Source: Chara braunii (lineage: Eukaryota; Plantae; Charophyceae). Taken from it: 51,804 nt of DNA. The position numbers and the translations under genes are program-made. The notes beneath the pieces are model-generated. The model was given only the letters and a program-made list of their open reading frames with translations, was not told where the DNA came from and searched no databases. The stretch is from NCBI GenBank assembly GCA_003427395.1, contig BFEA01000006.1, forward strand, positions 2,631,420-2,683,223, read 5' to 3'. Positions 1 to 11,010 of the stretch are shown here, in pieces. Every line of letters begins with the position of its first letter. Position 1 is the stretch's first letter.

Positions 1-592
1 GTTGAAGAGTTCTGGACACTCAGCACTTGTGAAAGTGGGAAGGGTTCCCAGTGGTAATACCTCGATATTCATAATCAGTCTTATATAACTCCTATGATAT
101 CTAATGATCAGTCATACGTTGAGTAGAGTAGAATATCCTTTGGTAGTGACAAGGTTTTGTTTTCATACTTTGAACATACTGGTCAGAAGGACAATGTATC
201 TTTGAAACAGAAGCGGGAATAGATGACCATCTCAAAGTTCGACCTGAATATCTGACGGGTCAGTCATAAGCGTCTTACCTCGCGTAACCCATCTTGTGCT
301 ACAACGATCGAGCAAACGCCCTCGGCCGGCCTACCTCTACTCAAGCATGTAAAAGCCTTCGACGTGGGCCGGTAGCTCAGCAGGGATACACCTACCTGAG
401 GGTGGTGACAACCCCTCGGGTAGAGGTAAGTTGTACCTCGTGACGTCCCGACCTGTCGCAGGGCATCGTGAGAGGTATCGCACGCGAACACGGTTGGAGT
501 GGTAACTGGTTCTTTTCAGATGAAACATCCTGCGTGACACGACCGTGAGGTTCAGCGCTCCCGAGCAGGGCGCAGGACCGCCGTGCGCGAGA
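1..592 (+). mobile_element. 3' part of the 5' LTR of gypsy element 1
   Basis: Direct repeat of 27551-28138 (first ~120 nt identical, rest roughly 90% by eye). Ends ...GCGCGAGA where the other copy ends ...CCGCGACA, and is followed by a PBS. Confidence 0.9.
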
Positions 593-594
593 GG

Positions 595-614
595 TGGCGT
601 CGTTGCCGGGGATC
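595..614 (+). promoter_or_regulatory. Primer-binding site, tRNA-Asp type
   Basis: TGGCGTCGTTGCCGGGGATC lies 2 nt after the LTR end. It is complementary, with one mismatch, to the plant tRNA-Asp 3' end (GATCCCCGGCAACGGCGCCA). Confidence 0.85.
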
Positions 615-1265
615 TCGCTTTCCAGCCGAGGTCCTTAGTGAACGGACTCGGGTATGGTGAAACGATGATCACAACAAAACGACAACCTTTGGTTTAATTC
701 ATAGCGTGACTATCACTAGAGATGCAAGTCGTCCACCGGCAACAGATTGATGCGTTGCCGGGGACTTTCGGTTGTCTGCCGGGGTCCTACGTGAACGGAC
801 CTGGGTCTGGTTAATTGAAGCCCTAGCAAAACGACAAGTAAAAGGGTAGGATAGTATATGAGTCTTCACCAGGTAGAGGGAGTAAGACTATAGAATATTT
901 TGTTGGTACGAGCCTAGTGTCGGAAGAGGTACTTTGGGAATACGACAAGTGCGAGTTTAAATACCCTGTATAACATCTCGGCAAGTTTAAGTTTGTACGT
1001 CCCTTGGGAAGATACTTGTTCCTTTTGTCTCCTAGAAAGAGAGCGTATAAAATCGTCTATAGCGGAAAACGTAATAGGAAGCTACAAGACCATTCGAAAG
1101 TTTATTCTCTGTGATAATCCCTTCTGATTGTGACACTTCTTCCTATTGTTCATACATCGAGTATAAAATTCATTTTGATATTCCTTAGTAACTATACGTA
1201 TCTCCAGTTTTAGGCATTACTTCAATTAGGTACTTAGAGTACTCCTCGAGAAAAAACTTTCCACC

Positions 1266-1760
1266 ATGCCTCGCTGAGCTGGAGCTGGAAGAGGAAGAGG
1301 TGGACGACAAGGAAAGGCGACGGAAAGACCAATCGATTTAACAAAGGAAAGAGAGGAACGCGAAGAAGAGGAGGAAGAGGAAAAATGGGAGGGGATGCTT
1401 TTGCGCCGGCATCTGGAAGATTTTCGTGAACGCACGCCGTTCCCCGAAAAAATGGCATATTATGGTTATAAATATGAACAACATTATGGCGCTCTGCCAC
1501 CACGGTTTGAGCTACTTTCTTCTCGTTCGTATCATGTGTCATCCTCTTCCATGGCACGCCGCCCTCAACAGTTGGCTATAGTTCCCCAGCCACCTCAACC
1601 TGCCCTTCCACTTTCACCGCCATATGTACCTGATCCTCCAGTAGTATCTCAGAACGCGCCAACGAATCATAGGTTATGCGTCACTTTAGCACTGTTTTTT
1701 CTATGCCAGGTGGAGATGTGCGGACTGATCTCGTACCTAATATACAGAGGGATTATCTAA
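1266..1760 (+). pseudogene. Accessory ORF A of element 1: RG-rich/acidic N-terminus, Pro-rich middle, C-terminal hydrophobic helix
   Basis: CCACCATG at 1266 is in frame with ORF 1395-1760, with one TGA at codon 4. It ends LCVTLALFFLCQVEMCGLISYLIYRGII. Confidence 0.5.
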
Positions 1761-2120
1761 GGGCAACCTCGAAAGGAGGAGATTGGGTTACGATGAGGCC
1801 AAAAGGTTCTGTCATCTACTGACTAAAAGTGATAAGTGAGGAGATTCCATCCCAGTTGGAAAAAAAGAGAAGTATCTGGGCTAAGGAAAAGTAATCTGGA
1901 CTTTCATTATCAGTACTTGGAGTATGCCAAAGAATGGGTGTGTCTGAGGATACAGTAGGAGTTCCTGCTTAGTAAAGATCTTTGTTTTATGGTGGAAAGT
2001 CGGATTGTTCCTTAGTAAGGGCATCCAAAAGTCAATAACTGAAGCAGTACACTAAAATAAGTTGTCTCTAGCTTGCCTTTTTGGCAGGTCGCAAAGAGTG
2101 GTCTTCCGAGTCCAATCGAG

Positions 2121-2860
2121 ATGCCTTATGCCGAGAAGGGTTCCATGGTCGAAGTACCAGCAAGAAACAAATGATGGACTAGAAATAACGCTGCCAACAG
2201 AGAAAGGCAGAACGAAATTAAGCAAGTCACGGTGAGACAGACCGTTAGGAATTGAGACATTTATGAGGAAACGAGTTGGGACTCAATGGAAGGTTGGCGT
2301 AATGTGAGGGTCATCCCTTACCTCCCTATCTGTCTCTGGCATGGATTCGAATCGAGCCTCGATCAAAGAGAAAAAAAATATCTACTACTACTTACTGAAA
2401 AGGCCAAGTGACACTTAATGTCCGGAACCAAGAAGGTTCATGGCGGGACATAATAGAGACTATAAAGGGAATGCCTCCAGCCAAAGACTTTAATCTTCCG
2501 ATCCGATACATCAAGAATCTCTCTCTCTGAAGTGCTTAATGATCAGACAAGGGTGAAGTTTGCAGTTGGAGCCGTACTAAGGGAACCTAATAGGATAGGA
2601 CTCCTCCTCATAAGATTACTGTTTAGGAATGGGGGCCTGAACTAGCTAAAAGTGACTTTTGACAACAATTTGTCCATCATAGGAACATACGTTCGAACTT
2701 ACTTTATGGCAGGAAGGTCTGGGTATTGGCAAAACTAAAAGAAGAAGTACTATCCGGAGTCTGCATGGATGATATTCTAGCCATGTTTGGCTTGGCTTAT
2801 AACTTCTGGATTGGGAGAATGGGTAACGGTAAGTGAAATAGAAGTAAGGCTGGTTTGTAC
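2121..2860 (+). pseudogene. Accessory ORF B, frameshifted paralog of ORF C
   Basis: Fragments MPYAEKGSMVEVP, WGPELAKSDFDNNLSIIGTYVRTYFM..YW and CMDDILAMFGLAYNFW align to ORF C. Confidence 0.7.
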
Positions 2861-3135
2861 CCTAAGAATGATAGGGAAGAGCGTTGAGGTAGGAGAAAAA
2901 GTATGAGGAGCAGAAGAAGGAGAAGAGGAAGCTGAAGGAAAGCATTGTTGATCTTAAAAGGGAGAAAATATAAAAGAAGTAGGAAAACCTTAGGCTAAAA
3001 GCATTCATATCCTGGACAGGCTTAAGAAAAGAGATAGGACAGAAATGTGTTGTCACTGAATAGGACTTATGTGTAAGTATTGTGTCATTTTGTATCTTCT
3101 TTTGTATCGCTCAGGCCACCGGCAATCACCTAAAA

Positions 3136-3911
3136 ATGTCGTATGTCAATCAGGGATTCGGGGTTGAACTCCCCGTTCGTATGCCACAAGGGTTGAGAAT
3201 GTCTCTGCCTAGAGGCCTGAGTGAAAGGGAGGAGGAGATCACCGCATGGTGGGGCACCTCAATCGGGCCTGAAGCATTTGTATGGGTTGAAATGGGGCAC
3301 ACTCTCGATCGGGAAAGTATAATCGTACGGGCGACACTGTATCTTTTATCACATCTGTGGAGATGCATGGAGTAGATCTGGCAGTAGGGCACAGTCATCC
3401 CTTATCACGATACTTCCTAATCACTGGGACAATCCTTAAAGAGAAAGTCCGAGAGACAAGTTGGGGGGAGTTCAGGCCGGTGATATCAATGATAGAAGCG
3501 AGGTGGGCTTCGGATTTTGTTTACCCCACCGACTGTATAATAGCTACTCTTCCATACTTCATCATTCATGAAGTCTTCAATGGACACGTGAATGTAGAGC
3601 AAGCGGCCTTAGCAGCTCTAGCAACTCCTCAAGGAGGGTGTGAATTTTTCACTCCTCAAACCCTCTACTGCCTCTATTTGGAAATGGGGCCGGAATTGGC
3701 TAATAGGGATTTTGAGGAAATCCTATCAACAGTCAACGCTTATGTCCACGTTCATTTCATGGAACCGAGACAAACGTATTGGAAGAAGCTTAAGGCTGAA
3801 CTAAAGATCAAGGCATGTGTTGATCGTATCCCGATAGTGTTTGGGATGGTGTATGATTCATGGACAAAGGACTGGGTGTCAGCTGACGAAATTGGACGAA
3901 TGGAATGGTAG
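3136..3911 (+). pseudogene. Accessory ORF C, unknown protein (~258 aa, one frameshift near 3360)
   Basis: ORFs 3082-3375 and 3357-3911 join by a frameshift. ATG 3136 follows a polypyrimidine-CAG acceptor at 3113-3114, and the ORF is paralogous to ORF B. Confidence 0.7.
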
Positions 3912-4223
3912 GGGGATCTGGAGGGATGAATAGAATCATCCTCGTTTTAGTCTTAGAAGATTGGACTTGGGTATTTAAAGCAATGTAGGGATACTAGTCG
4001 TAGGCACATAAGAATAGGAAGGCTAATGAGTGTCGCTTGATGATAAAAGGGTAAGGAATCATGAAAGATAAGCTAGAAATGTGGGTGCAGAGAGTCTTAA
4101 ATGACATACGGGATAATAGAGGAAAATTAAAAAAAAGAAAAAGAGTGAGGCGACCGAAAAATTAATCTGAAAATCCATCGTGTTTGTCTGTGTAAAACAT
4201 ATTTACTAAGAACCGCGGAAAAA

Positions 4224-6168
4224 ATGGAAGACGTGAATGGGTCAGGAGGACAAGGGCCCATAACCGCGACCGAAATCGCACGGTTGTTGGATAATAGGAG
4301 TATCGGAAGGTCTCAGCTACCGCGAATAAAAATCTTTCCATTCCACGGAGAAAGAGTGTCACACTGGCTTGAACTATTGGAACAAGTCTTCAATCGACTA
4401 ACGCCGGCGGAAACATTCGCTCAGTTGTTTGAATACGTTTGGTGGGAATATCGCCTCGACGTTGAACAGATTGTGACTGATGCCCACGGGAACTGGAACA
4501 ATTTCAAGAAGGAAATGCAACGAAAGTACAAACTGGGAGATGGGTTGTTAACAATCGACCAACTCTATAACGTCAACAGAAGCGACTTCACCACAATAGG
4601 AGCGTTTGCAACAGCTTTCGAGAAAATGGCAAAACGGGTGTCAGGGTTTTCCGAGGAAATGCAATGTGTCATCTTCCTAGGAAAGTTCTCAGGATATGAG
4701 ACTATGGAGTTGACCCGGGGAGGAGCACCGGGGAAAAAGACTTCATGGGAAACGATAAAGAAAAATTTGGCATATGGATATCTGGACCAGGTATTCCACC
4801 ATCAAGTGAAGATGGAAAGGAAGAGAAGAAAGGAGATAGGTATCGTCCAAGGAGCCAATACAGCCTTGGGAGGAGTGTTGAGTAGTATGGTCACTCAACT
4901 TAAAGAGTTGAAAGACAAGGTGAAGTCAGGGAAAGTAATGGCGGTTGGACAAGCAACAAACAAAAGGGGATATGAGGAGGAAAGTGAAGGGAGTAAAGGA
5001 GAGAAAAAACCTGAAGTAGTACCGCAATCTAAGAAGGCTCAAAAGCATAACCAAAATCAGACACCAAGAAAACAGGGTGCAGAAAAATGACAGAATCCTC
5101 AACAAACTGGGGCACCGAATGTCCCAGGGGCGTCAGCCCCGACACCTCTGTTCGGACCTTGGACGGTGGTAGCTCCTATGGGAGCATGACCTAGATATTA
5201 CCCTGGGAATCAGTGATCGGGTTTTGATCAAAGTGGGATGAATCCATATTTGCCCCAAGTACAAGGAACTGGGGCGGGACTATCACAAGGGCAAGGAGGG
5301 ATTGGGGGTCAGCCTCAACATGCTCTGCCACCACAAGGTAACCAGGGCCAAAATCAATTTCAGGGACATGGACATGATCAAGGATATGGTAGGGGTGGAA
5401 ATGGAGGAAGAGGAAATGGCCAGGGAGGAAGAGGATTCGGAGGACGAGGGAATAATGTACAAGGTGGGAATTGGGGGCCTCAGGGAGGTGCTCAATCCGG
5501 GAATTACAATCAAGTGAGTTTCAACCAAATCGGACAAGGGTATAACCAAGGATACAACCAAGGGTATGGTCAGAGCTATCACCATAATTACGGTAGGGGG
5601 TTTGGAAGGAGTGATGGGCAGTGGAACGGTCAGGGGGCAGGACGAGGTTGGATAAACTACAGCGAGTGCGTATGCACACACTATACGATAAAGGGACATA
5701 CTCTAAGAAGATGTCATGTTAGAAGGATGGATGAGCAGGATGGGTTAATCACATTAAGTATCGACGGGGATGTGTTCAATAAGCGAGGAGACAAGATTGA
5801 CCCAAACATCCCCGGGGGCGCAAGAAAAGAAGTCATCAGAGTTGCAGGGCTTGGACCCAGCGCCCCTGCCATGTTTCGTATATGGCAGGAGAAAGAAGAT
5901 CCTTTTGTTTGGGTGGAGGAATGAACTAAGTGACCAGTTGAAGAAAGGAGTAAAGATAAGTGAGGAAGAAAAAGGTACGCCGCTGGTTAAAATTGAGCCA
6001 CAAAAAGACAATGTGATTAGAGAATCAGCAAGAGAAACTTTGGAGAGAATGGAGGACATGATAGATAAGATGGGTAGGTTAAACCTAAAGATGACTGATA
6101 TTTGCGAGGAGGTGAGGAATTTAGAGATGAAAATGCCACACGTATTCACGATGGGTCAGGGAAGATGA
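4224..6168 (+). pseudogene. gag: Gag (capsid domain, Gly/Gln/Tyr-rich low-complexity region, degenerate zinc knuckle)
   Basis: Capsid-like PFHGERVSHWLELLE...WNNFKKEMQRKY, GRG/QGY repeats, and CTHYTIKGHTLRRC (Cx2[C>Y]x4Hx4C). Contains in-frame stops and a frameshift. Confidence 0.85.
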
Positions 6169-6530
6169 ATGAACCGAGAGCTCCTAACCCAAAAGCGTTG
6201 AGAGCCACTCTGGTCGTTGGGTCAGAAGCTGCCTATTAGGCTCTGAGAAACTTTGTTCTTCATACTCTACGAAAGCCCAAAGGAGGAAATGCGTCCAAGG
6301 AACCGGCACAGGCTCCTGTACCTCCTCAAGGTGAGGCCTCTATCGAAATAGAGGAGGAGGAAGAGAAGGAACAGGATGAGTTACCTAGGGAGGAAGAGGA
6401 CAGACAAGTCGAGCAGAAGGCAAAGAAAAGGAAGCATAATGTTAAAGGAGGAAAGGAAAAGACAGGGGAGAAATCAAAGAAGAAGTGGAAGTATCAGACG
6501 TCAATAGAAGAGGGAGTAGACCTAAAGAAC

Positions 6531-7193
6531 TTGGTAAATAAGCTTTTTGAGGGACATAATAAGTTATTGAACCTCAAAGAGATCCTGGCAACAGCACCCA
6601 AGCTCAGGGAATTAGTAAAGGCAAAGCTGACCCGAAAGATAGTAACAACAGTGAGGTTGGTAGATTTAATTCCCAGAGAGGCCAACTGGATAGTGGCTGG
6701 AAGTAAAATGGACTGGAAATTAGTGAGAACCGGATCCATTGACGTTAGTATCAGAGGGAAAGGATGCCCTGGGATGGTAGACACAGGAGCAGAGATGAAT
6801 ATCATGAATCTTGAAACAACTGAGAAGCTAGGGCTGAAAATCGACAGGAGAGACAATGGATATCTTAATGGAGTTAGTGGAAAGTCAGGTTACATAGGTA
6901 TTGCCTCAAATGTAATCGTGGAAATAGAAAGCGTCAGGGTCCGATCCTGTTTCTACATCATGCCTACTCTGGATCTTCCTATATTGCTAGGAATGTCTTT
7001 CTTATCACGATCAGAGACCCTCATCAAGAACAAGCACGATGGTACTATGTACGTGATCCTGTGTGATCCTCTCTGTGGTAACTTCGAAGTTATCACCTGT
7101 AAAAATACAGGTCCTCATAGCTCGAAGAACCGGCTCAGCGCTGGGTCATATACTTTTGAAGAGTTTGAAAATATGAGAAGAGAATTAGAATGA
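6531..7193 (+). pseudogene. Retropepsin-type aspartic protease domain of pol
   Basis: Catalytic motif GMVDTGAEMN and downstream ILLGMSFL. Confidence 0.9.
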
Positions 7194-7645
7194 GGGTCTG
7201 ATGAGGAAAATGAGGAAGAAGAAAATGAAGGATTGACCTTGAGTCTGACCAACATCGATCAGCCAATGTACATGGTGTCCGCGTATGATATGGCGGAACA
7301 AGAGGCCATTCAGGTTTTGGCAGACAAGTTGTATGATTACCCTGAAGGAGGAAGGATGAAACTGGTATACAGACCACCCCGTCAAGAGGAGAAAGTACAG
7401 GGGTCATATGCCCAGGCTTGCAATCAACATTTTTTAGGGGTGGGCTAAAGCAAGGGGGAAAAAAGAGGTACAAGACGGTAGATAAAAAGAGTCACCATGT
7501 CCCAGTCCTAGTGACACATGAGGAAGGAGTATACTATGGACAAGAGAGAGAGTTGATTTGACATATGAGAGAGAAATGAAGAACTGAACTCTGTCGTATT
7601 AACAAGGAGACCGAGAAAGATCTGATCATTGGTGAACCGGAGTTC

Positions 7646-8700
7646 TTGACCAAACAGGAAAGGGCGTTAGTAATTGACTTAATGAAGGAGAAACATTGCG
7701 CCTATGCTTTCAACGATGAGCAGAGAGGAAAGTTGGATGTGGACAAGATAGGGATGATCCGAATCCACACAGTCCCTCACCAACCTTACAATGTTAGAAG
7801 AGTCAGGTACCTGAATCCCGATGAGGAGAGAAGGGTGGTAGAATACCTTGATGGGAAGATTAACTCTCACGTAGCAGGGTTTTCTACTGGACCTTATGCC
7901 TCACCATGGTTCTGCTTCATCAAGCCAAATAGAGTACTCAGGTGGGTGCAAGACTTGCAAAGGTTGAACGTTGTAACGGTTAGGGATGTTGGAGGGCTCC
8001 CTAACGCTGATAAACTCTCTGAAGCCTGTGCTGGAAGGTCCATTATCTCGCTCATAGATCTATATTCTGGTTACGACCAGTTCCCAGTGTATTCGGCAGA
8101 TAGGACAATAACATCAATGCATACTCCGAGGGGATTGATTCACATGAACGTGGCACCCCAAGGGTGGACGAACGCGGTAGCCATGGTGCAAAGGAGTATG
8201 GTGAGAGTCATGCAGCCAATCAGTCCACATATTACTGAGCCGTACATCGATGATCTAGCTGTGAAAGACCCAATGGTAAAAGATGAGCAAGAGGTTGCAC
8301 CTGGCATAAGGAAGTTTGTCTGGGGTCATGTCAATGATCTCATGAAGGTGCTTGATTTGTTACAAGAGTATAACCTTACGGCAAGTGGAGCCAAGTCTTG
8401 ACAATGCATGAGAAAGACCACTATATTGGGCTTTGTATGCAATGAGCAAGGTCGTCATCCAGACAACAGAAAGACAAATAAGATCCTTGATTGACCTACG
8501 CCATTCAGGAACGTTAGCGAAGTAAGGTGTTTTCTAGGAACATGCGGATTCTGGAGAATTTTTATTGAAAGGTTTGCTGCAAAGACTGAACATGTGATGA
8601 AGTTAGTAAGAAAAAATCAGGAATGGGAATGGGGAGAGAAGCAGGAACAGGTGGTGAAAAGCTTGAGGATGGAATTTAAGGAAGGAGGTTTTGTGTTGGG
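7646..8700 (+). pseudogene. pol: Reverse transcriptase domain of pol
   Basis: Motifs YASPWF, WVQDLQRLN, IDLYSGYDQ, PQGWTNA and PYIDD. Continues after a stop with ILGF and FLGTCGFWRIFI. Confidence 0.95.
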
Positions 8701-8729
8701 GGTCCCTGATTATGAATCTGTTGCTGAGC

Positions 8730-9110
8730 GGTCATTTATCATAGAGACTGATGCTATACCCACCGCTTAAGGAAGAGTTATAATACAGGCAGATCTGGAA
8801 GGAAAGGAAAGACCTTTGCGTTTTGAGAGTCGAACCCTCAATACTACTGAGCGGAACCACTCTCAATTCAAAAAGAAGGCTTTGGCCGTGTTGCACTGCC
8901 TGCGTATCTTTAGGCACTATCTTTATGGAAGAAGGTTTGTCCTGAGGATAGATCAAACAACCCTTGTATATTCCCTCAAGAATTTCTCACCCACAAATCC
9001 TACTATCGTCAGGTGGCTCACATACATCTGGAAGTTCGACTTTCAATTAGAACATATCTCAGGGAACAAGAACCGGGCTGATGGGTTAAGCAAGATAGAA
9101 TGGGAGAAGC
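8730..9110 (+). pseudogene. RNase H domain of pol
   Basis: Motifs FIIETDA, RFESRTLNTTERN, FRHYLYGRRFVLRID and HISGNKNRADGLS. Confidence 0.9.
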
Positions 9111-9619
9111 CTAGAGATGCCAAGGAAGAAACTCAACCAGTAGATGGATTCCTGGATGAAGATGATATGCAGCTCTACGTGAACTCATGGAAGCTAAGTG
9201 TTAATGATAGGGAAGCAAGGAGAGGGAAGTCTATGTGGTACACACCGACAACTTTTGTAAAAATTGTAGAGTTCGTGTTGAAACCTTTTGTTGAAGAAGA
9301 CCCATGGGGAGAAAGGAATGGAGAGTGGATGTAGGAGTTGGCTTTGGCAGAGACCTACAGACTGACTGACAATCCAGTAACGATCGAGGCAAGAACGAAT
9401 CAGGTAGATCAACATCTGCTAACAATAGGGAGAGTACACTATCTTGTCAACTCACTCAAGCAAGTTCGGGCTGAAAATGAAGGAGAGATAGTAAAGGCGG
9501 ACGACATAGTGTTAGGGGGTGATGTCGAATTTGATGAGGAAATGAAATGAGATGAGTTTGAACAAGGGAAAATCTCAAAGGATTTTAGGGAAAAAGAATA
9601 AGATGGGTTTCATCTAGAA

Positions 9620-10856
9620 ATGAGACTTCTTCTTTCTGGGGACAAGCGAGAAAGGTTTGTTAGTAAGAACACTCTTCGTATGAGGGATCATTACATAGTG
9701 AGGAGAGACCATCTCTTTATCAGGGATAAAAGAGGACCTCCCAAGAGGGTCATTTGTAGAAGGAATCGACAGATCTATGTAATAGCAACACTTCATGACG
9801 GACCCGTAGGAGGTCACAAAAGTTTCGCCACTACCATCAAGAAGGTGACCGAGCTGTATTTTTGAGAGGGTATGTACAGAATGATTCGAAAGTACTGCGA
9901 GTCGTGCGTCCTTTGCCAAATCAGGTCTCCAATCAGATATAAGGAACCCCTACATCCAAGGTATATCAAGTATGTGGGGGTTGTGATCCATCTGGATCTC
10001 CTAGTAATGCCATTACGACTTGGGGGTTATAACTATATCTTTGATGTCCAAGATAATCTTACAAGTTTTGTTGATGGAAAGATCATCCGAACCAAGACAG
10101 GAGCAGTCTTGGCAGAATGCATCAAAGAATACTACCTCCGATATCCTTTCGTGGTGGAGTTTACAATGGATTGGGGAATATGAGTTTACGTGTGGAGTAA
10201 TAAAGGAATTGTTGGACGATCTTGGAGTTATCGCCAAGTACACAACCAGAGCACATCCTCAGGCCAACGCACCAGTTGAAAAGGGATACAGCACGATCAC
10301 TAACTTACTGGCAAAGTGGACAGCCGGAAAGCCAAACCTGTGGCCGAAGTTTCTACGGACAGTGTTCTTTGTCGAGAACATCACGGTCAAGAGAACCACA
10401 GGTTATGCCCCTGCGACCTTGTGGTATGGAAGGCATGCCACGTTTCCCATAGAGAGTTTCTTAAGGAAGTGGCGAAGGCAGGATCTTGAGAACGATATGC
10501 TTCTGGAAGAGTTGCTTGACATCAGGGTCAGGCAAGTCAGTATCACTGAAGAGATGATACAGGAAGCAGTGGAGAGAGTGACTGACAGTCGTGGAAAGGA
10601 CAAAGAAATGTGGGATAGATCTCCGCGAGTACGGGAAGAAGAATTAGAGATCGAAGATATAGTACTGCTATACGATTCCTCACTCGAAAAACAATGGTCA
10701 AGGAAGTTGGACAAGAGGTGGTTGGGACCCTTCAGAGTCAGACGCAGAGGAAGTCGTAGGGCCTATGAGCTTGAAGAAATGGATGGAACACCAAGAAAGG
10801 ATAAGATTTCCGGATCTAGGCTGAAGAAGTTCAAAATGGGACAAGAGGTGAGTTGA
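9620..10856 (+). pseudogene. Integrase (HHCC, DDE core, GPY/F module; no chromodomain seen)
   Basis: Motifs LHDGPVGGH..YCESCVLCQ, IHLDL, TMDWG, HPQANAPVE and WLGPFRV, with a stop and a frameshift. Confidence 0.92.
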
Positions 10857-11010
10857 TGGTAGTTGAAAAAAAAATCTGATGATCTTATGGAACCTTTTGT
10901 TATGGCATCTCTTTTCGAATATTCTATTGTTAACCAGTTGCTGACTCTTCCTTTAATCTGTCACTCCCTTTCTTTTTCTGTGTGTAGGCGTGACCAGGAA
11001 GCAGGCAGCC

